A stretch of 43,331 nt of DNA from contig CAYVTG010000003.1 in the NCBI GenBank assembly GCA_964454575.1, forward strand, positions 1-43,331. The letters run 5' to 3'. The notes beneath the pieces were generated by a model. The model was not told the origin of the DNA. It did no database searches and saw only the letters and a list, made by a program, of their open reading frames with translations. Each line of letters begins with the position of its first letter. Position 1 is the stretch's first letter. This DNA comes from an uncultured Thermoplasmata archaeon (GTDB lineage Archaea; Thermoplasmatota; Thermoplasmata; Halarchaeoplasmatales; Halarchaeoplasmataceae). The position numbers and the translations under genes were made by a program. Positions 9,350 through 23,400 of the stretch are shown here, piece by piece.

Positions 9350-10435
9350 TCACATCTTTTTCTTAAAAAAGAGTGCAGTCATGCCTCCGATAACAACGAC
9401 TATACCTACGAAGATACCGACCATCTCTGTGAACGAGAGCGGTTGAGCCGCGGATGTAACTTCTTGTGAAACTTCATAAACTCTGACTTCATGTTGTGTG
9501 GAATCGATACTTAAAAATACATGGGTTTCCCCGTTCACTATACTAACGTAATAACCTTGTTCCTCTGTACTGTGGAGTTTGTTAGCTCCCACGTATTCCA
9601 GTTCTTCACCGTCCAAAGAAACCTTGATGTCTGAAAGATCGTTGATCTCTGAACCGATGAATGCACGACTTAAATTGAGCTGAATTATCCTACTGCCTGG
9701 AATATCACTAGAAACCGTCAATTCTACATCTCCTTTTACTACCTTCCGTTTTACAACAGATATATCTGCCCCCTCTTTACTCATATATCCCTGACTATCT
9801 ATAGATATCTGTGGAATATGTTCTTCGGGCTCTTGTTCCTGTGGTATGTATTCCATATAAGTGCTTACGAAGCCACCGGTATGTAGAGTGAATGAAATAT
9901 CCACGATATCATGAATTTTTTCTACACGTATATGACTGCCGTCAGACCATGAGATGGTAAGTTTGTGTTCATCTGAAATTATAAGGCCAAGATGATCTTC
10001 TGCAGGAGCTTCCCACTCAATTCCCGGCGCGATGATAATTTTCACTTCGACTTGATCTATGGATGTTTGCAATATTCTTAGCTCTCCGTTTTCCGTATCG
10101 TTGAAAGTTAGATGTAATCCTTTTCTGACAAATTGAAAAGCATCATTTTCAAAGATGGAGTTCGAATCAAAGGGCATATTGAAATCACCTTCTATGATCA
10201 TCTCAGAAAATACATCGTATTCCTCATCTTCATAGCTATATGTAACATCGGTAAATATGATCATATCTTCTGTGATCTCTACGTCATAGGCGAGATATGT
10301 ACCTTCAAAAGATTCACTTATAGGTGTATTTTGAGGTTCATTCTGATCGTAAGTTTGGCTTAGAACTGATCCACTGTAAGGAATTGCCAAGATAAGAAAC
10401 ATGGCTATCAATATGATATTTTTTTTCCATTCCAT
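9350..10435 (-). CDS. secreted, C-terminally membrane-anchored protein of unknown function
   Basis: Signal-like N-terminus MEWKKNIILIAMFLILAIPYSGS and C-terminal TM MVGIFVGIVVVIGGMTALFFKKKM. Start set at the ATG at 10435 rather than the TTG at 10450. Confidence 0.6.
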   Translation of the reverse strand: MEWKKNIILIAMFLILAIPYSGSVLSQTYDQNEPQNTPISESFEGTYLAYDVEITEDMIIFTDVTYSYEDEEYDVFSEMIIEGDFNMPFDSNSIFENDAFQFVRKGLHLTFNDTENGELRILQTSIDQVEVKIIIAPGIEWEAPAEDHLGLIISDEHKLTISWSDGSHIRVEKIHDIVDISFTLHTGGFVSTYMEYIPQEQEPEEHIPQISIDSQGYMSKEGADISVVKRKVVKGDVELTVSSDIPGSRIIQLNLSRAFIGSEINDLSDIKVSLDGEELEYVGANKLHSTEEQGYYVSIVNGETHVFLSIDSTQHEVRVYEVSQEVTSAAQPLSFTEMVGIFVGIVVVIGGMTALFFKKKM

Positions 10436-10515
10436 GATTACCACTATCAATCTATAAGTATCTCTTTTTAAATAAACTTTGGTACAAAGGTCGAACTTCC
10501 AAATTACAACAAGAC

Positions 10516-10523
10516 TTTAATAT
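10516..10523 (+). promoter_or_regulatory. TATA-like TTTAATAT, candidate promoter of a leaderless nadX mRNA
   Basis: Centred about 27 nt upstream of ATG 10547, with no SD-like sequence in between. Confidence 0.35.
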
Positions 10524-10546
10524 GCCTTTCTAACGTACATCTTTGT

Positions 10547-11353
10547 ATGAATGTACTGGTAATAGGTGCAGGGGCTATCGGAATAGAATTGATCAAAGAA
10601 TGCGAGAGCATGGATCAGGTTGAAATCTGTTATGTTTTAGATAATCATCCGGAAAAAGCCAGAAGATCCTGCGAACGATTCGGTAAGGCGAAGGTTATCA
10701 ACGAATTCGATGAAGCTTTTCCAGAAGTAGACCTGGTCGTAGAAGCTGCATCGCAGGCCGCAGTCGGTGAATACGGTCCTAGATCCTTAAAAAAAGCGGT
10801 CGATCTTATGATCATGAGTATAGGTGCTCTCGTAGATGATAAACTGAGAGAAGATATATTCCAGCTTGCCGAAGACAATGATGTAAATATATATATCCCG
10901 TCAGGTGCGATCTGCGGTATAGACGGAATAACTTCAGCGGCTATCACGGATATCGACGAAATATCCTTGGAAACTCGCAAGCCGCCGGCAGCCCTAAAGA
11001 ATTCGGAGTACGTGATCAAAAGAGGTATCGACTTGGATTCTCTGAAGAAAGAAACCGTGCTTTATGACGGACCGGCTTCCGAGGCAGTCAAAAAATTCCC
11101 AAAAAATGTTAATGTCGCCGCAACTCTTAGTCTCTCTGGTATAGGTTTTCAAAGAACGAATGTTAAGATAATATGTGATCCTTCGGCAAAAAGTAATACG
11201 CACACTATCAGGTTGAAGGGAAAGGCAGGAGAACTGAAGTGTGTGAGTGATAATGCACCCTCTCCGGACAATCCCGGGACCAGTTATCTCGCAGCTCTTT
11301 CGGCCGTTTCCACGTTAAGGAAAATATGTGGAAACGTTTGGATCGGTCTTTAA
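10547..11353 (+). CDS. nadX: L-aspartate dehydrogenase
   Basis: Rossmann start VLVIGAGAIG. Blocks IPSGAICGIDGI, ETRKPP, FPKNVNVAATLSL, HTIRL and PSPDNPGTSYLAALS closely parallel Thermotoga/Archaeoglobus NadX as I recall it. Confidence 0.85.
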   Translation: MNVLVIGAGAIGIELIKECESMDQVEICYVLDNHPEKARRSCERFGKAKVINEFDEAFPEVDLVVEAASQAAVGEYGPRSLKKAVDLMIMSIGALVDDKLREDIFQLAEDNDVNIYIPSGAICGIDGITSAAITDIDEISLETRKPPAALKNSEYVIKRGIDLDSLKKETVLYDGPASEAVKKFPKNVNVAATLSLSGIGFQRTNVKIICDPSAKSNTHTIRLKGKAGELKCVSDNAPSPDNPGTSYLAALSAVSTLRKICGNVWIGL

Positions 11354-11356
11354 AGA

Positions 11357-12457
11357 TCACATCAGTCCGAGTTCACCTAGTTTCTCGGGTAGATATACAT
11401 CGGTAACGTAGTCCAAACCATACTTTGCCAGAGCCTGCTGTTCAGCTTTTTTGTTTATCTCCAGCATGGTTTCTATCTCATCCTTCCAAAATCTAGTATT
11501 GAACCTTGGGTCTTCGAGTTCCTGTTTCAATGCATTTTTATCCGTGGTACTCAATTTGTCCGTTGGTAAATCGTAGTTTAAAATATCACTGGCCGTGATA
11601 CCCACATATTCTGCAGTAGGTGTGGCAAGCAGTTCAGATAGATGGGCACTATTGATCGCCCCGTACGCTACACTGGCAAAGATGCGAAAACTCCAAGGGT
11701 CTCCGTCGGTAAAAACGACTACCGGAAGACCTTGTTCTTCATTCAATCTCTTCATCAATCTTCTAGTCGACCGAGCTGGCTGTCCTTTCAGGTGGACGAG
11801 CAGTGCGTTTGCTTCTTCATCGAAGCCGTTCTCCACAAGCCTGTCGAACATACCGCCTGTCTCGATGGCGATTATGAAATCTACATTCACGTTAGAAAAG
11901 TTGAGTTTGTCCTTCTCTACATTGTATGGTATGGTGTAGCCTGAATCACCGACATCGTCCCGGCAGTTAAGCTTTCTTAGATCACCCTTTCTTGTCTTCT
12001 CTTCGACAACTATATCTCCGATTATCCTCGCTCCGTCCTCTTCTGGTCTCAGTTTAAAATCTTCTCTAAGACAGTCTGTAACTATCTCTATGTCCTCTGC
12101 GAGTCTATCCGACTCTTTTTGATCTCCGAATTTGGCTTTGTTCCATCCTTCTGAGATATAGTACATCTCCCTCAAAGTAGATGATTTTTCGGTGTCGAGC
12201 ATATCTCTAATAAAATCTAGCATGTACAGAGTGCGAAGTATCATTATCGCTCCGCTTATCTTCTTAGCCGAGCGTGTGCTTTTTGAATTCCCTAATTTCC
12301 AAACACCCGCACGTTTATTGAACTTGATATTACTTTTACTACGGGTCGCGATCTTCATCTCCGGTATCTTACCTTTATCCAACTGCGTGTAAAACTGTTC
12401 CGCTATCTGTTCCAGGCTTTTAAAGGCGTTTTGATATCTATCTCTCATTCTACTCAC
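11357..12457 (-). CDS. top6A: DNA topoisomerase VI subunit A (Spo11-like)
   Basis: [10 protein letters not shown] (catalytic Tyr region) and Toprim blocks [12 protein letters not shown] and [13 protein letters not shown]. The start overlaps the top6B stop by 8 nt. Confidence 0.93.
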   Translation of the reverse strand: MSRMRDRYQNAFKSLEQIAEQFYTQLDKGKIPEMKIATRSKSNIKFNKRAGVWKLGNSKSTRSAKKISGAIMILRTLYMLDFIRDMLDTEKSSTLREMYYISEGWNKAKFGDQKESDRLAEDIEIVTDCLREDFKLRPEEDGARIIGDIVVEEKTRKGDLRKLNCRDDVGDSGYTIPYNVEKDKLNFSNVNVDFIIAIETGGMFDRLVENGFDEEANALLVHLKGQPARSTRRLMKRLNEEQGLPVVVFTDGDPWSFRIFASVAYGAINSAHLSELLATPTAEYVGITASDILNYDLPTDKLSTTDKNALKQELEDPRFNTRFWKDEIETMLEINKKAEQQALAKYGLDYVTDVYLPEKLGELGLM

Positions 12458-14357
12458 CTTCCTTTATCTCTGCCATCTCTATGCCCCAATCAGCCGGTAG
12501 TGTATCCGCCCCTATCAATTCCGTTTCCGGAACACCTTCTATGTAAACTTCTATACTCGCCAGATCATCCTTAACAAGATCCCCGTTGTACTCAAAAGTA
12601 ATCACTTGTCCTTTTGAAGGTTTCAGAGTATCGAGTTTCCACTTTAGATGATCTCCGTCGTGCACCGGTTCGGGGTCTGATGAAATAAGGACGGTCTCCG
12701 GATAGGGTTTTTCCATGTATACATGGATATTACGATTTTTACTTGTATAATTATTAATGTCTATAGTTCCACCCCATTTCTTTCCGTTCTTCTTGAAGGA
12801 ATTTTCTACGTAAACGACTCCCATTATCTTCGTCATAACCTTTTCAAGTGAAGGTATATCTTTACCCACTATAGCGGAAGATTTTTCTGCTATCATGGGC
12901 AGTATATCCTTAGCGACCATGAACTTCTCAGCCATCTTTTTACGTCTTTTTCCTTTGTTCAGATGTGTTCGCATACTTCTTGCACAATCTCTCAGAGCCT
13001 TTTCGATCTCATCAACCACTTCGGGGATGTCGGCTATAGCATCCTTTGCTTCGGAAGTGAATGGAACCCTTGTGGAGGCCACATGAACAAGTATGATAGC
13101 TGGCCCGGAAGGCATGCCCGTACCTCCTCTTTGATCGAGACCGTAGATACGCCAATCGATATTCTTGATAGCGGTAGTGGTTGCACACGCACTTTTTTTG
13201 TAAAGTAGAGGCACTCGGTTGGCAAAACGCAGTACTCCTACCGAACCCTCTGAGGGTAAATTACCTCCATATACCAACCCGACTTCTACCTGGAATGGGT
13301 TTCCTCCGTAAACTGCCGGTTCACGTGTAGTCGGGGGTGCGTAAAATTCAGGTTTGTAGCCCTTTAAGACGTTCTTCAAACCTTTTTTGATCAACATGCT
13401 TTTTATAGGCGATAAACAGTCCGTTTCAGGTGCCATTATCTTGACCTTTTCCGTCGCCTTGAGTATTTTCTTACAGTCGCTTATATCCATATCAGATGGT
13501 GAAACCTTTTCGTCTATTTCTGCTTCGCCGCAGATATCTCTCACGGTCCTGTAGCTGATCCTGCTGAATTCATTGACAAGGAAAGAACTGAGATTTCTGC
13601 GGTCGGTGTCTTTGACCATCTTTACAAAGGTCCCCAATTCTATACCTCTGATATGGGGTTTGACCGCCTCGGTTTTAGGTGGAAGCTGTTCTGTAGCGCG
13701 TTTAAATATTGTCTTTTCGTCATCGCATATGAAGGTGATTTTGGCATGAGGATTCACGATAGCGGTGTTCTTAAGATATTCAAAAACAGAATGGTCACCG
13801 CTTCTCAATAGGCCTTCAAGATGCGTTTCAAACATTGTTCCGTGTTCCTTATCTTCCCACAGGACTACTTCTTGTGAAAGTATATCTGGTTTGTTTTTCT
13901 TCGTATCTAGGGTGATGTTCATCTCGATGGCATAATCCTTTTCTTTAACTTTTGATCTAACAAGAGTGGGTTTCCCGGTACTGAGTTGACCGTACATAAC
14001 TACTGCGGATACTCCTATACCTTGCTGCCCCCGACTCTGGCGTATATCGTGGAATCTGGAGCCGTAGAGCAGTTTGGCGAATACATCAGCGATATTACGC
14101 TTTGGTATCCCCGGTCCGTTGTCTTCAACAGACGCACGGTATTCCTGATCCGCTACAGTTTCGATCTCGACGGTGATGTCCGGGAGTATCTCCGCTTCTT
14201 CACACGCATCCAGGGCGTTATCTACACCTTCTTTGACTGCAGTGACCAAAGATTTGGTTAAAGAATCAAATCCCAATATGTGTTTGTTCCTCTCAAAGAA
14301 CTCTCCGATAGATATTTCCTTCTGCTTTCCAGCTAGTTTTTCGGCTATGGACTCCAT
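12450..14357 (-). CDS. top6B: DNA topoisomerase VI subunit B (GHKL ATPase)
   Basis: Bergerat-fold motifs [19 protein letters not shown] and [15 protein letters not shown], then a transducer region. It lies immediately upstream of top6A. Confidence 0.93.
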   Translation of the reverse strand: MESIAEKLAGKQKEISIGEFFERNKHILGFDSLTKSLVTAVKEGVDNALDACEEAEILPDITVEIETVADQEYRASVEDNGPGIPKRNIADVFAKLLYGSRFHDIRQSRGQQGIGVSAVVMYGQLSTGKPTLVRSKVKEKDYAIEMNITLDTKKNKPDILSQEVVLWEDKEHGTMFETHLEGLLRSGDHSVFEYLKNTAIVNPHAKITFICDDEKTIFKRATEQLPPKTEAVKPHIRGIELGTFVKMVKDTDRRNLSSFLVNEFSRISYRTVRDICGEAEIDEKVSPSDMDISDCKKILKATEKVKIMAPETDCLSPIKSMLIKKGLKNVLKGYKPEFYAPPTTREPAVYGGNPFQVEVGLVYGGNLPSEGSVGVLRFANRVPLLYKKSACATTTAIKNIDWRIYGLDQRGGTGMPSGPAIILVHVASTRVPFTSEAKDAIADIPEVVDEIEKALRDCARSMRTHLNKGKRRKKMAEKFMVAKDILPMIAEKSSAIVGKDIPSLEKVMTKIMGVVYVENSFKKNGKKWGGTIDINNYTSKNRNIHVYMEKPYPETVLISSDPEPVHDGDHLKWKLDTLKPSKGQVITFEYNGDLVKDDLASIEVYIEGVPETELIGADTLPADWGIEMAEIKEGE

Positions 14358-14430
14358 TGCATCCCATCTTTTTCACACAGATGTAATATTTTCTTAATAA
14401 AGTTTCTGGCAAACAAACTCGTCAACAGCC

Positions 14431-14436
14431 AAAAAA
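14431..14436 (-). terminator. oligo-T tract (T6 on the minus strand) after the giant gene
   Basis: The minus strand reads ..TGAAGGCGTGTTAGATACCGTTTTTTGG.., 17 nt after the stop. AT-rich TATA-like sequences for top6B follow. Confidence 0.35.
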
Positions 14437-14453
14437 CGGTATCTAACACGCCT

Positions 14454-17400
14454 TCATCGGAAATACTCTTTCTCGTAATCGGAGAGGTTCGTTTTTCGAT
14501 ATCTCTTCCATCTCCTCTTCCTTATAACAGGGCTGTATGACAGATAAAATACCATGACTGCGATGGCAAATAGGATCATCATCAGGATCATCAGGAACAA
14601 CCCCAGCTCTTCGGATAGTTCTTCTTGGGATCCTTCTTCGGTATATTCTTCTTTTGCATCAGCAGTTTCAAAACGCCAGGAAATTTCAACGGTGTTTCCG
14701 GCCAAGTCACCAGCTCGCAAGGTTACAGAATAATTTGTAGAGTGTTCCAGAGGTCCATGTGGTGTAAAGATGATGGTGTCGCTTTCGGATACGATCCAAT
14801 CCCCAATCACTATCCCTCCTTCCTCTTTTTTTAACCATACCTCTACCGATGATCCATCGATATCTTCGTCAAAAGTTACCTCTATATGTGTATCGGTCAT
14901 CACATCTATCGCATCAGAATAAGGACGGTGACTGAGTACCTCCGGGGCTGTTTTGTCAACGACTACCGTATACTCAGAAGTAGGCGATTTGTACTCCATA
15001 TTCCCGGCTGCATCTATAGCGACCGAATAAAAGTCGTACACACCTTCATCTGATGTAGTGAAATTAAAAACACCTTCATAGATGGACAGCTCTTGATCTA
15101 CCAGTGAGATATTTTTCCACACTTCCCATGGTCCGTCATCCTTTTTGGAATACAGTAAAACTCGTTCCAGCCTTGTATCATCATCAACGCTCAACATTAC
15201 ATGGAACCACATCTGCGGATGATACACTATCTCTTCATCCCCTACAGTGCTCCGTGGTTCTACTGTATCTACGGTCGTCATGGCTTCCGGTTCCGTTTTT
15301 TCCAGCTCTTTCCGTCCCACTATGTTTTCCGTTTTGGTAAAGAATTCGTAGTACCCTTCTGTTGCTGCCGTAAAGTTGAAAAAACTAGAACATGCAGTTC
15401 CGTTTAGATATATGGTATCGAACATCTGCCATTCGCCACCGTTTATACGATAGAACAATGTGATCTTCTCCAAACCGATGGGATCGTTTGCATGGAATGG
15501 TATAGTAAAATTCCTCTTATTGGTGTACTTCGGAAGGCTTCCTTCAGGGTCAGCACGGCTTGAAGGCGGCTCCAGTTCTTCTCCTATGGCGTAAAGATAT
15601 CCTTCCGTATGTGTAATATATATTATGTTCTTCGATGCTATGGTCGGACTGTTGAAAAAACCTTTGTTCATATCGATAGGAGAAAAAAGCCACATCTCAG
15701 TACCATCGGGATGGACAGCATGTAATCGATCTGACCCGAAGAACAGATTACCGGTGTTATCTATCGAGATATCGGATATGCTATTTGGAACTGCCTCTGT
15801 GTAGTCCCATAGATGAGTTCCGTTGGATCTGAATGCACGCAGGATCCCTTCCTCTTTTGTGGATACTCCGATATACACTGAACCACTGGGGGCGATCGAA
15901 GGAGATGTTGTTACAGAACCGTTCAACGTGTGGTTCCATATCTGTTTCCCTTCGCTATTCAGCGCAAAGAGATGTCCGTCGCCCATTACATTCATACCAA
16001 GATATACGCGTCCGTTTTCATCCACCGCTGGTGAATTATAGGACCATGACCACTGTCCGGTATCGAATCTCCATCTCAATGTACCGTTTACTCCGATAGC
16101 ATAGAGCGATCCGTCGAATGAATTTATGTAGATCGTATCATCGGCAAAGGCAGGAGACGATGAGATCGGTCCTCCGGTTCTAAATTTCCACAAGAGTGTA
16201 CCGTTTGGACTTATGGCATATAGGTTACCGTCAAGAGAACCGACAAATAAGGTTCCGTCTTCTCCGATGATCGGAGAGGACATTATACCGTCGTATGCCG
16301 GATTCACACTCCAGAGAAGTGTGCCGTCTTGTTCTATGGCGTACATATACCCTTCCGAGCAGCCCATGTATATCGTTCCGTCGCTGCCTACAGAGGGAGA
16401 GGCATGTAGGACACCATCCGTGAGCTTCTTACTCCATCGCAGTTCCCCGGTCCTTGTCAAGGCATACAGATAGCCGTCGTGATCACCTACATAGATGATA
16501 TCATCTTCACCGACGACCGGCTGCATGATGACCTCACCTTCTGTCTCAAAGATCCACTGTATCCCGCCGTCTTCGATATCGGTTTCGAAGGGACTTGCTC
16601 CCGTACGTCGCTGGTCGTGTTTGAATACCGGCCAGTCGCTGTCATGGGGCGTGACCATAGTCATGAAGCTCCAGGTATATGGTTCTCCCACGTTGCCCGC
16701 TCTGTCTTTGTAATCGCTGATATTCAGAGCTATCTCGTCGTATGTTTCCCAGGGTGCATGGGTCCAAACTGCTGTATGGTTATCTGCCCATCCTATAAAT
16801 TCCCAACCCCCAGGGTCGTGACCGGCTGTCTGTTCGATGGAGGGTGTGGACGATAAATTCATGCTCTCGTTGAACGTAACAACCACGCTTGCCTCGATAT
16901 CCACACCGGAGGAACCGTTCGAAGGTCGTGTCGTCTCCACACGGGGTGGGAAGGTATCGTGTTCGAGCGGAGTCACAGTTGTGAATGACCATGAATAGTC
17001 ATCCTTCGGGTGTCCTTCGTATTTTCCGTTGCCATTGCCATCAAGGAAATTCTCCCGTTCATCTTTTACATAGGATGCGTTCAGTGTGACCGTGTAATCG
17101 GTCTCCAGGTCCAGCTGTAAGGGCGGTTTGAAAGTGACCATCCGATGATCGTCATCCCATGATATCTCGGAAGGCGACCAGCTTTCTTCACCGTCCGTGA
17201 GTAAAACACCCCTTTCAAACGACAGTTTATCCATCGTCTGGTCGAATTCGATGCTTATATCCGGTCGAAGATCGACGGCAGTTGCATCCCGTGTCGGTCT
17301 GTGTCCGATCAGTATCGGACTCGTATCTTCGCCATGAACCGTGACCATTGATGTTATCAAGTTCTCGAATGGTATTACCCTGTGCGGAGCAGCCACCTTT

Positions 17401-20400
17401 ACACCAGTCGAATCCACCAATGAAACGCCCATATACGTACCCACGGGTGCGTGATCGGACAGATCTACGGCCAACAATAAACCCATGGTCTCACCGGGTT
17501 GTACGTTCAAACCGGAGATATCGATCCGTAGTTTTTTCCTGATGAAGGTACCTCCGCCCAAATACGTGTCGAATTCGGGTTCTAAAACACCGTTTCCATC
17601 GTTATCTACGTATATTTTCAACCCTGCCGTATCTCCGTCGTTTCCGCTCCCCGATAACTTGAAGCTAAATTGTTCTACGGAGATCGGATGATCGCTCGAT
17701 GTTATGTTCAGTCTGCCGACCACTATGTTTGTTTCACCCTGGTCCCCTTGGATGGCACCGTAGGTGTCCACGGTCACAACCGCATTTTCGATACCCCCCA
17801 TATAAACATCAGTGATGTACCAACCGTTCTTCCCTGTATTTTCAAGGTCCCATCCCACGACGAATCTGACCCGTATGATCTTACCACCGTAACCGGATAG
17901 ATCGAATCTATCGTATATCCAGCCGCTACTGGAGCCGATAAAGGCCTGTTGTCCTTCGAGTGGGTTACCGTATCTCCTTGATATCTCACCGGGATAACCT
18001 CTTTCCGGAACCAAACGTGTCCAAGTTTCAGTTTCATTATCCCATACCTCGATAACTCCTCCGTCCCCATATCCGTAGAAATTATCACCGAAACTGTAAT
18101 GATGCAGGAAGGAAAGCTCAACGATAGGTGAAGTATCGCTAAGATCTATATAAGGAGATATCAGTGCGCTCGTTCCTCCCACAGGCCATTCTCCATCTTC
18201 TTTACCACTCCACCATACATCTCCTATGCCGTATAATTCCGTGATCTGCCAGTTGTCCGTGATCGTCATGCCGTCCATCCTTGCGTGAGACCAATCAGTG
18301 GCGTTTTCTTCGAAGTCGCTGTCGTAAGGGCCGGTCATGGGAATGGATATATTGATACAGGCTCTCCGATATACAAGAGATGAGGAGGCGCTATCAACGT
18401 GGATGGTAACATGTTCTTGCATCCCCTGAGATAATAGGTCATCGGTGGTTGCATTAACTATCAAAACAAAGCGGTCTCCCGGCTCCATGAGGCCAGTCTC
18501 GGTGATCGACGACCATGAGGCGTCGAGTATGTCCACACTGATGTTTCCGGACGATAGGGCCGAAAGTTCGAAGTTCTCAGCGATCTTACCGCTGTTGGTG
18601 ATCTCGAAGGTAAATGTGGAGGTTTCTCCAGGCCATGAATATGTTTCGATATTTCCGGTATCCAGTTCCACATCCGGCAGCGGTGAACCGATATAAAGAT
18701 CGTCGATATACCATCCTTCCTTGATACCCCTGTCCGCCGCGTTCCAGCCGACTCTGAACCTTATCTTAACTGTTAGATTCGCATATTCGCCCAGGAAAAA
18801 ATTTTCGCGTTCCCATAACGGAAAGCTCTCTCTGTCGGTGAAGGCTTCCATCCCTCCCAGCGGATTCTTATGAAGACGGTTCAGTGTCCTATCGTATCCC
18901 CTTTCGGGGTATATCTGGCTCCACTCCCCGGTCACATTATCCCATATCTCCACTATACCTCCGTCCATCACCGAATATCGGTAACTCTCGAAGAAGTACC
19001 AGTGCCAGAAGGTCATCTCTAAGTCGGATGGAGCTCCGGTGAGATCGAAATATGGAGTCTCCAAAGCGGTGTCACCCCCGTTTTTCCACGTGGCTATCTC
19101 CGGCCCGCTCCACCAGGAATGGTTACCGCTGTATGCTCTTACATCCGAGATCTCCCAATTGTCCGGTATGTTATCACCGCTTATCCAGTAGTGCCTCCAT
19201 GCGCCTTCACCGCTTTCTATGTCCTCGTAGAAAGGCACAGTATAAGGCACCATCGTATGAACGGTGTATTCGTCTGTGATGTTATCGTCATCGGCAGATA
19301 CTATCGTCAGTGGCTTTTCATCGAAACTGCCTGGATCTGCTTCGTTAGGAGGGGTAACGACCAGGAGTATTTTTACGGTCTGTTGTGGTCGAATTTTTCC
19401 AGTGTCCGCGTAACCGTCACCGTTTGTATCTGTCAATTTTGTTCCATTTTGGTGATAGAGATCATATGTCCAAGTGGAAGATTGTATGCCGTGATCTATC
19501 GGTGTTCCTATAATGATAGAAAAACTATCGTTTCTAGCCCCCAGGTTGGTGATGGAGACATTGTAGTTACCATGTCCTTCTGAAGAGATGTAAGTGCTCT
19601 CCTTGTCTATCGAAGTTTCCACGGCCGCCGGTCGGAAGGTGGCGTTCACTCTGAAATCATCAATATACCAACCGGCCCATCTCTCTGCCGCTCCTGTAGA
19701 AGTGCCGTAAAAATAGAATCTAAAGAGGATGTAATTGTCTATATATTCTGTGAGGTTGACGCTGCCTTTAAGCCAGCCGTTGCTATCCTGGCCGTAGCAT
19801 CTGTCAGGATACACTCCCGGACTGATGGTTTCGTTGTATCCCTCGTTGGGGATCACATAATCCCAGGTTTCACCGAAATCTGTCGATACCTCCAGAAACC
19901 CTCCGTCGTCATTACTGTTCCCCGGGTCGTCACCCCAGATAGAGTACCAATGGTAGAAACTAATTTCAGCTGATGAAGCCCCTTTTAGATCTATGGCTGG
20001 AGATGTAAGGGTAGCTATCGCTTTGGTGTAATTGGAATCTATGTTCGTACCCCAGCAGTTATCTCCCGAATAGGGTGTTCCGGGGCCGTATATGTGTCCT
20101 GATACGTTTCCCAATTCCCATGCCGTACCTTTGTTGTTATCCAGTGTCATCCATCCACCTTTACCCGACTCCATATCGTCGGTCCAATTCAATGTTACCG
20201 GGACGAATGTTTTAACATCAGTTCTGAATGCCGCCGAAGCATCTCTGGATGAGGTAAAGGTTACTGTTCCGAAGTCGGTGGCACCGTTCGTTCCGTTGAC
20301 TGGTACCTCTATGACCAATTCGATATCAACGTATGTGAGACCGGGCACATCACCGGTGTCCCTCTCGCCCGAACCGTCCGTATCCGTGAGTGACGACCCG

Positions 20401-23400
20401 GTAGATACGAAACGGATGTCGTACGGCCATCCGTGTATGGATGTGTAATCCATATCTACCGTATCGTTGAGACCACCTTTGTTATGTACTCTGAGTGGGA
20501 TGACCGCACTATCCCCCGGATTTGCCAGGTGGGTTACTAGATCCGGCTCGCAGGTGATCTTTGGTAACGGTATAACGGTTTTTATCATCAAAGAATGAGT
20601 CACATTCGGGTCAGTAACCGATATGGCATAAACCGTCACATTATCTGTTATACCTGGTTGGACATCTTGTGGTACTGAAACACGCAGAAGTATATCTTTG
20701 TATCCTTCAGTTTCTATAATCCCCGTATCGGCCAGAGGGCCGGAGCCATTAACATGGTATGATTCTACGTGCCAATCGTTTTCTGAATTAGCTTCGAGTT
20801 CAAAAGATTCGGCTGTTTCTCCAAGATTTCTGATCCGTACCATATATTCAACGGTTGTATCTTCAGCGGCTTCTTTAGTATCCAAAGACGATCCTATATT
20901 GACTTCATGGGTATGTGGATCCAACCATGCGAGTATTCGCTGCATCAAGCTCTCCCTTGTATCCGCGTTCGCCACCGCCGCAAAATCGAATCCTGTGTAA
21001 ACCGTTTTGAACGTATCGTCCACGGAAGTGGCGGCAGCGAAACCTTCTCTCAATCTGAATATTTCACGCGCGTTACCTCTGACCTCTCCGTATATCCCTC
21101 TATTATCTAGCTCCTCCAAAAATTCACCGTTTTTGTATATGTCTAATTCCATCATATCTCCGATAGGGTGACCATCGACTCCGTAAGCGCTACTCGGATA
21201 CGACCACCAGTTCAATCTGGATCTGAAGCCGAAATACTGTGTCATGAAGTTTACGTATCCTTCTTCGTCGGCTATATACCCGGCTCCCTGGCTGGAGAGG
21301 TACAATTTCCCATCCATATCCAGATATGCTTTTATGGCGCTACGATGCTTATCGGGGAGAGAGTCAGTTAAAGAAGATGAGTGTGTCCCTCTATGGTTGC
21401 CGGTAAACCAGATAACGGATCCGTGTGAGGCCATACAGTTCGGGTCAGGTGGTCCTTGTTCGGCGATGACCCATTCGTTAAACGTTCGATGGGTGGATGA
21501 AACTGCATTCTTGAAATAATCCGAAGAGCCTATACCTCCGTCGTCGTTGACCAGCAGGACATGAGCTTTGGGATACGTGAACAGTACAACAGTATCCCCA
21601 ACAAGAGGGTCCACAGACGAGTTAAACACGACCTCTGTTCTTTCGGGCACATCTCCAGGTAGTGCATCAGAAGGAACGGTCACATTGACCTTTAAGTTGG
21701 TTGTTTTCCCCGCATCCACAGAGATGTTATCGGATATCGGGTTCCATAAAGTATCATAGAAATTTACCTCCCAACCACGGTCAGAGAAGTGTTGGAAATT
21801 GAAAACATCGTCGGAACTTCCCCGATTGCTCAGATATATTTCATAAGTGCCATCCTCCTCGGGTTGGGCTGCTCCGCCCTGTACCTGTTCGTCGATCCTG
21901 ATACCCGCCTGTGACACGGATATATTTACGTCGTCGATGTACCATCCTGCGCGAGTGGAACCATCTCCACTGGCAAAATGCCATCTGAGCATTATCGTAC
22001 GGTCTATGTATTCATAAAAGTCGAATATCTCTTGAGTCCATACCTTATTAGCACCGCTGTAGGCCTCTCCTCCCAAGCCCCCAAATATTCCGCTGGTGTA
22101 CGGATACCCATCTTTAGGCGTCAATCTGGACCATGTTCTACCACCGTCATAGGATAATTCCACGATCCCTCCGTCATTGATGGATTCGATGTGATACCAA
22201 TGCATGAACGATAGTTCCGCGGTGTTTACACCTTTCAGTGAGATAGGGGGCGACGTGAGGGTGGTTACAGAGTGATCTGTGTAAAGTGAATCGATATTCG
22301 TTCCCCAGCAGTTGCTTCCTGAATGAGAGGAATCCGGGCCGTACTCGGATCCAGAGGGATCTCCCGATTCCCATAAGGTGTCGACGTTGTCGAAATCTAC
22401 AGACCAGTTTTCTCTCCCATCCTCGAAGTCGTCGTGCCATGTGGGTACGATGGGGACGACTGTTCGTATGTTTACCTTTCCGGAGATCGAAGGATTTAAT
22501 GAAGATCGGAAAACCACCGAGATCGTATCATCCTTCCGATATACGGCATCTTCGGGTACATGCACACTGACGATAATGAACTTTGAACCGCTTACGGAGA
22601 TCCTACCTGTATCCGGGATATCGTTGTGGTTGCTATCTTTGATCAAAGTTCCATCGGTATACAGTATATCATGATTCCAGTGTGGATCTTCTATGTAAAC
22701 ATCAAATGTATCAGCCCCGTTCCTTCCCGTATTGAACACCTTGAGTTTATGTTCGACTGTGTCTCCCGGTAGCCCGTAGGCCGTCTGTTCAGGCGGACTT
22801 ACGTGTACACCGACGGGAGGTTCAAGGAGCCAATCGATAGTTCTCTTTACGGAATCTATCATCTCATCGGGTCTGACGAAAGATAATTCCCATGCAAAGA
22901 AGGCTGTGCGGAATGAGTCTCTCTCGTATGCAACACCATGGTACGGATATCTTATGCTCCCGCTTTCCACCACGCCATAGGCCCCGGCCCTCGGTTTCAG
23001 TTCGTATGCTACGTCATATCGGGTAACCCCCTTCTTCCAGTGGCTTTCGATATTGCCCTCCATATCTTCCATGAAGGTTCCAAAGACACCCTTGACAGGG
23101 TTTACAGTTGGTTCGTGGTTGGAATAGAGTGCTTCCACACCCATATAGTTACGCAAAAATGAATCACCGGAAGTCACAAAGTTTCCTCTCCCGTGAAGAT
23201 CGTTAGCCAAAAGGGGACCGATCAACCAGAGCGAGCCGCCCTCATCAAGGTACGATTCAAGGTTGGAAATATCTTTGGTGGTTAGAGTGCTTTCTCTCGT
23301 TCTAGAATAACCATTATACCCGGTAACCCATATTACAATCTCGTAAACTCGCATGACCTCTAAAGGCGGGCCATCCTGTCCGGAGGTGACCACATATTCT

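Noticed and set aside
10157-10168. GGAGTTCGAATC, resembling a tRNA T-arm/T-loop.
   Set aside because: No acceptor-stem complement, D-arm or anticodon arm can be drawn in the flanks, and it lies inside a coding region. I found no tRNA elsewhere in the window.
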